DNA from: Candidatus Uhrbacteria bacterium
GTDB lineage: Bacteria; Patescibacteriota; Patescibacteriia; 2-12-FULL-60-25
DNA length: 64,000 nt
Assembly: GCA_020854265.1 (NCBI GenBank)
Contig: JADZFU010000003.1
Location: 28,408 to 92,407, forward strand
Reading direction: 5' to 3'
Under the pieces are notes generated by a model. That model was not told where the DNA came from. It was given only the letters and a program-made list of their open reading frames with translations, and searched no databases. Position numbers and translations under genes: made by a program. Shown piece after piece: positions 54,575 through 63,990 of the stretch. Numbering within the stretch: position 1 is the first letter of the stretch; each line of letters opens with the position of its first letter.

Positions 54575-54601
54575 GCCTCGATACAAGTCGGGGCTTTTTT
54601 G
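54575..54601 (+). terminator. Intrinsic terminator after rnpB
   Basis: gcctcga-tacaag-tcggggc followed by tttttt. Confidence 0.6.
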
Positions 54602-54620
54602 TTACACTCGGCAAAGTTAT

Positions 54621-54893
54621 ATGAAGAAATGGTTGCCCTTGGTAATCGTATTCCTGATTTTGCTCGGGGGGATCTGGTTTTGGTCTCTTGGAGCTTTACC
54701 AGACGAAAACCGTGCGCTCGCAACCGTCTCCGAAGTCTCCGGAACCGCTTCAGTAAAAACGGGGGATACGGTGGAGTCAGGTACGGTCATCACGACCGGT
54801 CCGGATTCTTCCGTTGTTCTATCATGGTTTGGATCGGGCGAGACGCGACTCGGTCCCGACTCGGAACTTCTTATTGAGACCGCATATTACTGA
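54621..54893 (+). CDS. FecR-domain protein, N-terminal fragment (TM anchor plus first half of the FecR domain)
   Basis: MKKWLPLVIVFLILLGGIWFW, then VSGTASVKTGD..ESGTVITTGPDSSVVLSWFGSGETRLGPDSELLIE. It ends at the TGA at 54891-54893, in the same frame as the next ORF. Confidence 0.6.
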   Translation: MKKWLPLVIVFLILLGGIWFWSLGALPDENRALATVSEVSGTASVKTGDTVESGTVITTGPDSSVVLSWFGSGETRLGPDSELLIETAYY

Positions 54894-54905
54894 GCAGAGG
54901 GGAGA

Positions 54906-56303
54906 ATGGTTATCAAGCTCAAACTTGAAACCGGACGCGTCTGGTCGCGCATTCTTCGCTTATTGGATGTCGAAGGTGACATGACCATCGAGACCAACGA
55001 TGTCGTTGCAACTGTTCGCGGAACAGCCTTTGATCTCGAAGTGGCACAAGGCCAGCCGACCACGCTCTGGGTTTCCGATTCCGTTGTACAAGCATCGGCA
55101 AAGCGGGCAGCAGGGAATCCGCTTTTTGTGGCCGAAGGTTCCATGGCCAAATTCACATCCGGCAAGCGCGCCACCTCGACCGAGCCGATTACCGCTTCAG
55201 GGAAAGCATCGGATTGGTTCAAGAACAATCAAGAGCGCGATGAAAAATTTATTGAACAGGCAAGGCGGCAGCTGCGTGAAAAAATCGGATTGGACCGCGT
55301 CCCTTCTACAGGATGGCTTCGCGATGCTATCCGCGCCTCTGAACGCCTCCGGGCACCTAATGCGCGGTACCTTGTCCGCCGCATCGCACAGATCCGCCGC
55401 GTAATTGAAGAGGGGAAAAGCGGGCTCGCATTCCAAGAATTCTCCCGGCTGGAAACCGAGTGGCGCAGCCGCATGTCGGATGGGGCAGATCCTTCCGAGC
55501 TGCGTGTAGCTCGACAGGCATTGATCGCTTCCGAGCGTCTATACGAGGACGTGGCGCCTGACCATCCGGCTTATCGCATTAAACAATCGCTCGAAGATTG
55601 GCGGGTAACTATTGCCGTCGGACCGGCAGAAAAATTATTCGCCCGTCTGCTGGCTATCGACGCGCGTCTCGACGAGGCTCGGTATTTTTTGATGAAAGGG
55701 AATGCTCCGTCATCTATTATTTCTGTCGAACTCGCCGACAAAGCGCTTGAAAATATCAACCGTGAGTATCAGCAGTCGCTCAAAGAGCTCGATGCAGCCA
55801 GGGCAGAAAAACTGAAATTCAAACTGGATGCGCTCGCAGCACGCTCAAAAGCATTACGCGCAGAGACAATTGCAAAAGAAAGCGATTTGATCGGGACCGA
55901 CAATCTTGAATCGCTCGATCCTCCTGATGCGATCACGGTTTCAAGTACCTCGGCCACGGCCACCATCCCCGTTATCGAAACGCCTACAGCCACGCCCCCG
56001 GTCCCGCCCCCGCAAGACGAAGCGCTCGTTCCCGTTTCTTTGCGCATAGAACCGTCTCAATCGAATCTTGGGTTCAACCAATCGATCGTCTACCGCGCAA
56101 TCGTGGTGTATAAAAATGGTCTTACCAAGGACATAACCAAATCCGTACGTTTTACGGCGAGTCCGACAGGTTATGGTGCATTAAACGGGAACACCTTCCG
56201 GGCCATGGAGCTTCGAGGAAATATCACGATCAATGCCGTGTATTCAGAAGGCGGAACCGAGGTAAACTCCCAAGCCTTCATCAGCATCGTTGACAACCCA
56301 TAG
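54906..56303 (+). CDS. FecR-domain protein, C-terminal fragment plus a long extracytoplasmic region
   Basis: LKLETGRVWSRI...MTIETNDVVATVRGTAFDLEV is the second half of a FecR domain. It lies in frame with the 54621 ORF, 12 nt downstream of its TGA. Confidence 0.6.
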   Translation: MVIKLKLETGRVWSRILRLLDVEGDMTIETNDVVATVRGTAFDLEVAQGQPTTLWVSDSVVQASAKRAAGNPLFVAEGSMAKFTSGKRATSTEPITASGKASDWFKNNQERDEKFIEQARRQLREKIGLDRVPSTGWLRDAIRASERLRAPNARYLVRRIAQIRRVIEEGKSGLAFQEFSRLETEWRSRMSDGADPSELRVARQALIASERLYEDVAPDHPAYRIKQSLEDWRVTIAVGPAEKLFARLLAIDARLDEARYFLMKGNAPSSIISVELADKALENINREYQQSLKELDAARAEKLKFKLDALAARSKALRAETIAKESDLIGTDNLESLDPPDAITVSSTSATATIPVIETPTATPPVPPPQDEALVPVSLRIEPSQSNLGFNQSIVYRAIVVYKNGLTKDITKSVRFTASPTGYGALNGNTFRAMELRGNITINAVYSEGGTEVNSQAFISIVDNP

Positions 56304-56325
56304 GCAGAACAGGGAACATAGCCTG

Positions 56326-58302
56326 ATGAAACGCTTTTTACCGCTTATTATTGGCGGTGTTATTGGTCTTGTAGGGTCTTTGGGTCTTGTATTCGGGATC
56401 TTTGATACCTGGGGAAGCCGCGTGACGGACCGCTTTTTCTTGGCAAGAAGCGCCGACCCGTCGGCTATCATTGTGGCGATTGATGATGCCTCTTTGGGAC
56501 GCGTAGGACGCTGGCCATGGCCGCGTTCCATTCACGCCGAGCTCATTCGCAAACTGGAAACCATGGGAGCCGAGGCGATCGCGCTCGACGTGAACTTCCC
56601 TGAACCGTCAAATGCAGCGGACGATCAGGATCTGGCAGCGGCCTTGCGCGAGAGCGGCTCGACCGTTCTCCCGATCGAGCTCGATTTCGTCGTACGGAAC
56701 GGACGCGTAGTCTTTGATTCCAAAAATAGCGTTCAGCCTATCGCTCTCATCCAGTCTGCAGCCAAGGCAGGAGGCTTTTCAAATACGCCGCTGGATGCCG
56801 ACGGGATTGTGCGCCGCGTACCGGTTGTCGGTCGCGGACTCGATGGTTCGGAGATTCTTCCATTCTCGTTCGAGGTAGCTCGTCTTGTAGGGCGCGCTCC
56901 GGAAACGGCATCTATCCCGGTTGATAGACAAGGAAACATGCTCGTAAATTTTCCGGGCGGTCCTCGTCAGGCCTTTCCGATTATCTCGGCTGCCGATGTG
57001 CTTCAAGACCGCGTGGATGCCTCGCGTATTAAAGGAAAAGTTGTCTTTATCGGCGCGACCGCCCGTGATCTGCACGACCAGCAAAATGTCGCTACGTCTT
57101 TTGGCGATCCGATGAGCGGAGTAGAGATACATGCTTCGATTTACGACACGTTCGTCACCCGCAAGTGGCTCATGCCCGTATCCATGTGGTTGCAGGCGCT
57201 CGCGCTTGTACTCCTCGGGCTCTTGCTCGCGGTACTCGTGCCGCGGGTGAAAGCTACGCTAAGCGCGGTATCGGCACTCGTACTCTGGATTGCATATATC
57301 GTGCTCGCTTTTGTGCTATTCGATCGCGGCAGCGTGCTCGATATTGTCTGGCCGACCCTCGTCATCTTTTTTGCCTACGGCGGACTCTTGCTTGAGCGCT
57401 GGCTCGAAACCGATACCCAGCGAAAACAGATCCGCTCCGCTTTTACACGTTACGTTTCTCCATCCGTAGTAGAGCACTTGATCCAAGATCCGAAAAAACT
57501 CAAGCTCGGAGGCGATCGCCGAACCATGTCGGTACTCTTCTCTGACCTGCGAGGATTTACCACCTTGTCCGAAGGGCTTTCTCCGGAGGATTTGGTCGAT
57601 GTGCTTAATACCTATCTGAATGAAATGACCAATATCGTCTTCGAGGAAGGCGGTGTGCTCGACAAATATATCGGCGATGCCGTTATGGCCTTTTGGAATG
57701 CCCCGCTCGACCAGCCGGACCACGCGGCCCGCTCGGTCCGCACGGCCATCCGCATGCGCGACAAGCTCGATGAAATGAACAAAGAAGGCGTATTCCCCAA
57801 AGGAATTGAGCTCAAGGTAGGCGTAGGAATCAATTCGGGCGATATGGTTGTCGGCAATATCGGTGCCGATGTCCGTTACGACTACACCGTCATCGGCGAC
57901 AGCGTAAACCTCGCCTCGCGTACCGAAAGTCTGTGCAAAGAGTACGGCGTCCTCATTATCATCACCAAAAATACGCTCGATAGACTCGGGGAGGGATTCG
58001 TCACGCGCGAGCTTGATTCGGTTGCGGTTAAAGGAAAAAAAGAACCGGTAAAAATTTACGAAGTCCTTGGCGTAGAAGGTGCAGTTTCGGACAGCCTGAT
58101 CAAATTTGCGCGCCGCTTTGAATCCGCGCTTGCTGATTATTACGCACGAAATTTTGCCAAAGCCGCTAAAGAGTGCGAGGACCTGCTATTGATCAATGCA
58201 GAAGACCTCACGACCAAAAATCTGCTTGAACGTTGCCGCATCTACTCGGAAACGCCGCCTCCGGATGATTGGAATGGTGCATGGATCATGAAGAAAAAAT
58301 AA
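56326..58302 (+). CDS. CHASE2-domain class III adenylate/guanylate cyclase
   Basis: CHASE2-like IVAIDDASLGRVGRWPWPRSIHAELI, TM segments, and the cyclase core MSVLFSDLRGFTTLSE, KYIGDAVMAFWNAP, VIGDSVNLASRTES. Confidence 0.85.
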   Translation: MKRFLPLIIGGVIGLVGSLGLVFGIFDTWGSRVTDRFFLARSADPSAIIVAIDDASLGRVGRWPWPRSIHAELIRKLETMGAEAIALDVNFPEPSNAADDQDLAAALRESGSTVLPIELDFVVRNGRVVFDSKNSVQPIALIQSAAKAGGFSNTPLDADGIVRRVPVVGRGLDGSEILPFSFEVARLVGRAPETASIPVDRQGNMLVNFPGGPRQAFPIISAADVLQDRVDASRIKGKVVFIGATARDLHDQQNVATSFGDPMSGVEIHASIYDTFVTRKWLMPVSMWLQALALVLLGLLLAVLVPRVKATLSAVSALVLWIAYIVLAFVLFDRGSVLDIVWPTLVIFFAYGGLLLERWLETDTQRKQIRSAFTRYVSPSVVEHLIQDPKKLKLGGDRRTMSVLFSDLRGFTTLSEGLSPEDLVDVLNTYLNEMTNIVFEEGGVLDKYIGDAVMAFWNAPLDQPDHAARSVRTAIRMRDKLDEMNKEGVFPKGIELKVGVGINSGDMVVGNIGADVRYDYTVIGDSVNLASRTESLCKEYGVLIIITKNTLDRLGEGFVTRELDSVAVKGKKEPVKIYEVLGVEGAVSDSLIKFARRFESALADYYARNFAKAAKECEDLLLINAEDLTTKNLLERCRIYSETPPPDDWNGAWIMKKK

Positions 58303-58305
58303 TGA

Positions 58306-58334
58306 AAACGCCCTCGGTACATCCGGGGGCGTTT
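58306..58334. terminator. Bidirectional terminator
   Basis: cgccctcgg-tacat-ccgggggcg, flanked by aaaa and ttt. Confidence 0.6.
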
Positions 58335-58343
58335 CAGTCAGTA

Positions 58344-58802
58344 CTAGATCTGCTCGAGGAACGGGTGTTCGAGCGCATTGTCGATCACATGCCGGCCGAG
58401 TCCGCGGTCCATCGACCGGATATCGACCGCGATATACGGCGCATGGCACATCATCCAGCCTTCGGGATACCAACCCACCTTGCACCAGAAATCCTCGGCG
58501 AGGAGACGGAGCAGCAGCTTGGAATCTTCCAGCCGGAATCCGTCAGAACTCCGGGCATAGTTGATCATGCGGTTGATGGGCTTCGACTTGTGCCGGTACG
58601 GAAGCTCTCTGGCCGTCACGACCCGCCCATGCGGAATATCCCAGATCTCTTCACCGCGCTTCCACAAGAACGTGTACTTGATGTGGTTGTTCCACAGCGG
58701 ATTGGGTACCCGTAGAAAGAACTGCGTTCCTTCTTTGACGCGACAGCGATCTGTCAGAATACGCTTGGCAGCGATTTCGGTCTCCAAAAATTCCGGGGGC
58801 AC
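58344..58802 (-). CDS. Hypothetical protein (152 aa)
   Basis: GTG start with AGGAGG 5-6 nt upstream, immediately downstream of trpS (9-nt gap). No domain recognised. Confidence 0.5.
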   Translation of the reverse strand: MPPEFLETEIAAKRILTDRCRVKEGTQFFLRVPNPLWNNHIKYTFLWKRGEEIWDIPHGRVVTARELPYRHKSKPINRMINYARSSDGFRLEDSKLLLRLLAEDFWCKVGWYPEGWMMCHAPYIAVDIRSMDRGLGRHVIDNALEHPFLEQI

Positions 58803-58811
58803 GCCGACCTC

Positions 58812-59804
58812 CTACCTTCCGAGTCCAACGCGCTGGCGCACCAGCTTCATTTTCTCGGTTGCCAGAGCTTGGGCCGTTTCGCGGCCAGCGTCAAGCAGTT
58901 TGTGTAGGGCATTCGGATTGTCGCGGTACTCGTGGTAGCTCTTGGTGACAGGAGCCATATGCTCGATCAGGGCTTCCGCTAAAGCCTTTTTGAAATCGCC
59001 ATAGCCTTTACCTTCAAATTCTCCCTCGATATCCTTCATGGTTTTGCCTGTGGCATGATGAAAAATGGTCATCAAATTTGCGATTGCCGGTTTACGGTCC
59101 GGATCGTACGAGACGCCGCCTTCGGTATCCGTAACCGCGCGCATAATTTTTTTGCGGATGGTGTCGGCATCGTCGGACAGCAAGATTTTTGAGAGCTCCG
59201 ACGGATCGCTCTTGCTCATTTTTTTGCTTGGATCTTGGAGACTCATGATGCGCGCCCCATGCTTTTGGATCAGCGCCGCCGGTACTTGGAATGTATTGCC
59301 GAATCGCTCATTGAAACGCCGGGCAATCACGCGTGTCAATTCCAAATGCTGCATCTGGTCTTCGCCGACTGGTACGGCGCTCGTGTCGTACAGCAAAATA
59401 TCGGCCGCCATCAAAGCCGGATACGTAAAAAGTCCGGCACTTGCCCGCTCGGCTCCGCCTTTTCCGCTCTTGTCCTTGAACTGGGTCATGCGCTCGAGTT
59501 CGCCCATCTTGGTAACGGTTCCCAAAATCCAGCCAAGCTCGGCATGTTCCGGCACTTCGCTCTGCACGAATATGGTGGATCGTTTCGGATCGATTCCAGC
59601 CGCAAGGTAGGCCGCTGCCGCATCCAGGATGTTTTCACGCAATTCTTTTGGTTCCTGCGGAACCGTAATCGCATGCAGATCCACGATACAAAACAGACAG
59701 CGGTGGTTGTTTTGGATAGCGGTCCATTGCTTGAGGGCGCCAATATAGTTGCCGAGATGGATATCCGATGTCGGCTGCACTCCGGAGAAAACCAAGTCTT
59801 TCAT
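58812..59804 (-). CDS. trpS: Tryptophan--tRNA ligase
   Basis: HIGH-type motif SDIHLGNYIGAL, KMSKS, and the size (330 aa) and overall pattern of a class I TrpRS. Confidence 0.95.
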   Translation of the reverse strand: MKDLVFSGVQPTSDIHLGNYIGALKQWTAIQNNHRCLFCIVDLHAITVPQEPKELRENILDAAAAYLAAGIDPKRSTIFVQSEVPEHAELGWILGTVTKMGELERMTQFKDKSGKGGAERASAGLFTYPALMAADILLYDTSAVPVGEDQMQHLELTRVIARRFNERFGNTFQVPAALIQKHGARIMSLQDPSKKMSKSDPSELSKILLSDDADTIRKKIMRAVTDTEGGVSYDPDRKPAIANLMTIFHHATGKTMKDIEGEFEGKGYGDFKKALAEALIEHMAPVTKSYHEYRDNPNALHKLLDAGRETAQALATEKMKLVRQRVGLGR

Positions 59805-59906
59805 ATCTGCCAGTATCGTAGCCTAATGGTCCGAAACTGGCCAAGGCTTGATTCATACGGGATTTCAGGCAAAGTCATTGCGGTTCCTTTGACACGAGGA
59901 GTTCGT

Positions 59907-60860
59907 ATGCGTCCCGTGATCCTGTTTAGCGTGCCCGCCTTCGAGAAGCAGGCCGAAACCATCGTCGGTAAGAGCTATGAAGTCCGTAGCATCCGGCGGG
60001 GGAGGGTGTCTTGGGGGAGATTTCCCGACAAGTTTCCCGATCTCTTGATCGAGGGCATGGAATCCATGTCCCAGTGCCATGCCGCCTTGCTTCTTTCGAT
60101 CACTACGCCCGAGGTCGTATTCGAGCAGATCAGCGTATTCTACGCCTTGGCTGCACGACGGCCGGCATCGCTGCGGCTTCTTCTGCCGTACTTTCCCACG
60201 GGCACCATGGAGCGCATCGATTACGAAGGACAGGTCGCGACTGCGCACACGCTCGCGCAAATGCTCTCGGCAGCCGCTCCCTCGGGTCCGGGTCCCATCC
60301 CGCTCTACATCTGGGATGCGCATGCGCTCTCCATCCGTCACTACTTCGGGCCAAACATTGCGCCGCGTTTCAAGAGCGGCGTGAAGCGTCTGACCGAGGA
60401 GAACCGTCTGGACAAGGACGATGTCATCGTCTTTCCCGACGAGGGTGCTTGGAAGCGCTTCAAGATCATGTTCTCCGACAGTCAGCGCGAGATGCGCCAT
60501 CCGTTCTCCGTCTGCCGGAAAGTCCGTCTGCACGGCAAGCGCATGATCTCCCTGCAGGTCGAGGATGTGGCCGGCAAGCACGCCGTCATCGTCGATGATC
60601 TCATCCACTCCGGCGGCACCATTCTCGAGTGCAAGAAGGCGCTCGATCAGGCCGGCGCAACCAAGGTCAGCGTCTTCATCACCCATGCGGTCATGGAGAA
60701 TGAGGCCTGGAAGAAATTCCTCGATGCCGGATTCGAGAAGATCTGGATCACGGACTCTATCCCGGAAACCGCCTCCGCCATCCACGGGCAAAAGCCCTTC
60801 GAGGTGGTGAGCCTCGTGGACTCCATGCGACGAGCCATCCTCGATGGTCTCGATCCCTGA
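59907..60860 (+). CDS. prs: Ribose-phosphate pyrophosphokinase-like (PRPP synthetase family)
   Basis: PRPP-binding loop AVIVDDLIHSGGTILE, and IWDAHALSIRHYFG in place of the D.H..Q.QGFF block. GAGGA lies 6 nt upstream of the ATG at 59907. Confidence 0.7.
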   Translation: MRPVILFSVPAFEKQAETIVGKSYEVRSIRRGRVSWGRFPDKFPDLLIEGMESMSQCHAALLLSITTPEVVFEQISVFYALAARRPASLRLLLPYFPTGTMERIDYEGQVATAHTLAQMLSAAAPSGPGPIPLYIWDAHALSIRHYFGPNIAPRFKSGVKRLTEENRLDKDDVIVFPDEGAWKRFKIMFSDSQREMRHPFSVCRKVRLHGKRMISLQVEDVAGKHAVIVDDLIHSGGTILECKKALDQAGATKVSVFITHAVMENEAWKKFLDAGFEKIWITDSIPETASAIHGQKPFEVVSLVDSMRRAILDGLDP

Positions 60861-60865
60861 ACGAA

Positions 60866-60893
60866 AACACCCCCGCTTTCTCGCGGGGGTGTT
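60866..60893. terminator. Bidirectional terminator
   Basis: aacacccccgc-tttctc-gcgggggtgtt followed by tttcttttt. Confidence 0.7.
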
Positions 60894-60903
60894 TTTCTTT
60901 TTC

Positions 60904-62865
60904 TTAGACCTCGATAATGACCGGAATCACCATCGGACGAAGCTGGGTCTTGATGAACAGGAATTCTCCCATTTCATCGCGGATCTTGTCCTTCAGATAG
61001 CTGATATCCGGCGTAACCTTCGGATCATAGTTCTTGAAGATGCTTGCCGCCTTGTGGCGAGCGAGTCCGACAAGTTCCTGATGTTCCTTCATGTAGACGA
61101 AGCCGCGCGAGATAATATCCGGAACAGCCTGCGGCTTGCCAGTGCGTCCGTCTACTACTGCAACCACGATCACCACGCCGTCGCCGGCCAATTGCTGGCG
61201 GTCGCGCAAGACGATTTGGTTGGTATTGCCGACCCCGAGACCGTCGACGAATACATAATTCGTGTCGATCTTTTTATTGGTCAGCATGCCGTTTCCAAGA
61301 TTGTCGAACTCCATGATCTGTCCATTGTCGGCAATGAAGATGTTCTTTGGATTGAATCCTGCGGCCACGGCTGCTTTTGCATGGTCGCACAAGAACGAGT
61401 AATGGCCTTCAATCGGGATCAGGTATTTCGGTTTGATCATCTGGTGCATTTCCACCAAATCCTCCTGCTGGGCATGTCCGCCGGCGTGCACGTCCATCAT
61501 CTTGTAGTGGATCACGTCAGCTCCTTCGCGGTACAGCGTATCTTTCACGCGCTGGACCGAACGTTCATTACCCGGAATGACCGAGCTCGAGAACACCACG
61601 GAATCGCCCGGCTCTATGCTCAGGATCGGATGTTCATGGTTTGCAATGCGCATGAGCACGGCACGTTCCTCGCCCTGGGCGCCGGTACAAATGACGGCCG
61701 TTTTTTCGCGGGGATATTTATGGATGTCCTTGGTATCGATGAGCGTACCTTTTTGGATATCCATGTAACCGAGCTGCTGGGCAATCATCACGTTCGATTT
61801 CATCGAGAAGCCTTCGACTGCAACTTTTCGTCCATTGCGTTCGCAGGCTTTGATGATCTGCTGGACACGCGCAATCATCGAAGCAAATGTACCGATGATA
61901 ATGCGGCCTTTGGCATTTTTGATGATCTCGTCGATATTGGTCTGAATGACATGTTCTGCGATTTGTTTGCCTGGCTTTGAGGCATTCGTCGAGTCACACA
62001 TGAGCGCGAGAACATTGCGTTCGCCGAGGGCTTTAATCTTCTCGGTTTCTTGTACGGACTGTGCGCCCGGTTCGGAATCGAGCTTGAAGTCGCCCGTGTG
62101 GACGATAATGCCGGCCGGAGTATTCACGATCACGCCGAGCGAGCTCGGAACGGAGTGTGCAACGCCGAAAAATTCGACTTTGAACACGCCGAGCTGGAGG
62201 ACATCGTTCGAATTGACCGAGAACAAGTTGAGCCGCGGTTTGTCGCGGTGGTCTTCTTGGCGCTTGGCGATAATGCCGCAGGTCAAATCCGTCGCAAACA
62301 GCGGGGGATTGCCGAGAACCGGCATGAGATGCGGGATGCCGCCGATATGGTCATAGTGCCCGTGGGTGATAATCACGCCGCGGACATTTTTTTCTTTGCC
62401 CTTGAGATAGCTCAAGTTGGGGATGATGTAGTCAACGCCCGGCATGTCTTCGTCCGGAAACTGTAGACCAAGATCGATAATGATAATGTCATTCCCATAT
62501 TCCATGATGGTGCAGTTTCGTCCGACTTCTTCATTGCCGCCTACCACCATGACTTTCAAACGAGCACCCTCTTTTTCGAGGACGTCGGTATCAGTACCGG
62601 TTTTATGATGCGGCGCATTCTTGAAGGTCGACATGCGCGGAGCGCTCTGGAAGGCGCCGCCCATGGGGCCGCGCTTACGCTTTCCTACTTCATGCTTGTC
62701 TGAGGGGCCGGATTTCTTACCTTCTTCTTTGGCAAATCCCTGCTGCAGACTGGTTCCGGAGGTCCGGAAATTGGCTCCGCCGCGCTTAAAATCGCGCTTG
62801 GGGCGGGGGCCGAACGGCTTGGGACCCGGATTGGTTCCGGTTCCGCCGCTTGTAGTGTTTTCCAT
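60904..62865 (-). CDS. rnj: Ribonuclease J (beta-CASP metallo-beta-lactamase) with a basic, low-complexity N-terminal extension
   Basis: VIITHGHYDHIGG, beta-CASP blocks, and a C-terminal domain. The first roughly 100 aa are G/K/P-rich (GPKPFGPRPKRDFKRGGANF...). Confidence 0.9.
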   Translation of the reverse strand: MENTTSGGTGTNPGPKPFGPRPKRDFKRGGANFRTSGTSLQQGFAKEEGKKSGPSDKHEVGKRKRGPMGGAFQSAPRMSTFKNAPHHKTGTDTDVLEKEGARLKVMVVGGNEEVGRNCTIMEYGNDIIIIDLGLQFPDEDMPGVDYIIPNLSYLKGKEKNVRGVIITHGHYDHIGGIPHLMPVLGNPPLFATDLTCGIIAKRQEDHRDKPRLNLFSVNSNDVLQLGVFKVEFFGVAHSVPSSLGVIVNTPAGIIVHTGDFKLDSEPGAQSVQETEKIKALGERNVLALMCDSTNASKPGKQIAEHVIQTNIDEIIKNAKGRIIIGTFASMIARVQQIIKACERNGRKVAVEGFSMKSNVMIAQQLGYMDIQKGTLIDTKDIHKYPREKTAVICTGAQGEERAVLMRIANHEHPILSIEPGDSVVFSSSVIPGNERSVQRVKDTLYREGADVIHYKMMDVHAGGHAQQEDLVEMHQMIKPKYLIPIEGHYSFLCDHAKAAVAAGFNPKNIFIADNGQIMEFDNLGNGMLTNKKIDTNYVFVDGLGVGNTNQIVLRDRQQLAGDGVVIVVAVVDGRTGKPQAVPDIISRGFVYMKEHQELVGLARHKAASIFKNYDPKVTPDISYLKDKIRDEMGEFLFIKTQLRPMVIPVIIEV

Positions 62866-62989
62866 TTCTATAAACTTACGAATAAAGCAAAATGTAATTT
62901 TTGCAGGTGCGGAACTCTTGAATTGAGTGTCACGACTTTCGAGGATATCCCACGCCGGGTCGGATACGATCGAAAAACGTTACCCTTAT

Positions 62990-63018
62990 AGAATACGCGA
63001 AAACGGCCTTATCGTCAA
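62990..63018 (-). promoter_or_regulatory. Sigma-70-like promoter upstream of rnj
   Basis: Minus strand: TTGACG (63018-63013), 17-nt spacer, TATTCT (62995-62990). Confidence 0.45.
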
Positions 63019-63058
63019 GCAGAATATGTGGAAAAGTCGCTAGGTTGAGCGAAAACTA

Positions 63059-63087
63059 TTGACAAAATGGGCAAAAAATGGTAATCA
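63059..63087 (+). promoter_or_regulatory. Sigma-70-like promoter
   Basis: TTGACA (63059-63064), 17-nt spacer, TAATCA (63082-63087). Confidence 0.4.
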
Positions 63088-63116
63088 CCATCTATCGTCC
63101 TTTCAAAGGAGTTCCC

Positions 63117-63554
63117 ATGGGAGCCTTGGAGCGCATCGATTCCATCGTGAGCCGAGTCATTCCCGGCCTGCGCCGCGACCCGAACACGGTCATCGGCACC
63201 TGCATGTACTGCGACCAAGCGGTCGTCCACGCCGCCGGCGATCACGATGCCGAGGGGCGCGCCCGTCACGACGCCTGCGACAGGCGCGCACGCAGCCGAG
63301 CGCTAGCCGCCATCGAACACGACGAGCTCTTCTTCGGAGCCGTGACCACCATGAGCCACTTCCCGGACCTCAAGTCCGCGGTCGAGGATCTCATCCGTGC
63401 CATGCCGGACCGCTTCGATGGCCGTGACTCCCTCGGCTTCGTCACGCGATGCGAAGGGCTTGTCCGCAAGGCGTCTGTCCCCGAGCTTCAGCGCGCAGCC
63501 GCGCTCAGCTCCCTCCGCACGATCCGCCGCTCCTTCTTCGCCCTCGCCCGCTAA
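63117..63554 (+). CDS. Hypothetical protein (145 aa), GC-rich
   Basis: AAGGAG lies 5 nt upstream of the ATG at 63117. No domain recognised. Confidence 0.45.
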   Translation: MGALERIDSIVSRVIPGLRRDPNTVIGTCMYCDQAVVHAAGDHDAEGRARHDACDRRARSRALAAIEHDELFFGAVTTMSHFPDLKSAVEDLIRAMPDRFDGRDSLGFVTRCEGLVRKASVPELQRAAALSSLRTIRRSFFALAR

Positions 63555-63565
63555 GGGCGGCACGA

Positions 63566-63594
63566 AACACCCCTGACTTCTCGTCAGGGGTGTT
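63566..63594. terminator. Bidirectional terminator
   Basis: aacacccctgac-ttctc-gtcaggggtgtt. Confidence 0.7.
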
Positions 63595-63597
63595 TGC

Positions 63598-63990
63598 TTA
63601 TGCGGCGGCGCGCATGTCTTGTCCTTCGATGCGTTTTGCCATGCCGATATTGAGCTTGATATCGGAGAGCTGTTGGCGGATCCCGCGCAAGTCGCGGTAG
63701 AGGCTATTGGCGCGGGAGGTAAGCATTTTTCGGCGCTCTTCATCCAGCTGTATGGCGGTTTCTGTCAGGGCATTTTGCAGAGGGGTGACGCGGTTGAGTT
63801 CGTCGATTATGACATCGAGCTCTTCTTCGATTTCCGTTTCGCGGACGAGGAGCTGGGTCTCTTGCATGCGCATTTCTTTGCTGGACGGAACTTCCACGAG
63901 ATCCTCAGGATCAAGCGTTTGGATAGCCGGATCTTCCATGAGCAAATCAAAATTGGACGGCTTCTCGACCAAAAGCTCTTCTTTGTTCAA
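63598..63990 (-). CDS. Hypothetical acidic coiled-coil protein; the N-terminus possibly lies beyond the window
   Basis: The frame stays open to base 64000, and the listed start is a TTG. The sequence is E/L/Q-rich and heptad-like. Confidence 0.4.
   Translation of the reverse strand: MNKEELLVEKPSNFDLLMEDPAIQTLDPEDLVEVPSSKEMRMQETQLLVRETEIEEELDVIIDELNRVTPLQNALTETAIQLDEERRKMLTSRANSLYRDLRGIRQQLSDIKLNIGMAKRIEGQDMRAAA

Noticed and set aside
54891-54893. Genome-wide UGA reassignment (as in some candidate phyla) as the explanation for the in-frame TGA.
   Set aside because: TGA terminates several well-defined genes in this window at positions consistent with full-length proteins (ruvC, the nucleotidyltransferase gene and the 21475 gene). 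The standard genetic code is therefore assumed.
59865-61980. ORFs antisense to the prs-like gene (59865-60791, minus) and to RNase J (60844-61980, plus).
   Set aside because: They lie opposite genes with clear catalytic motifs and have shadow-frame composition.
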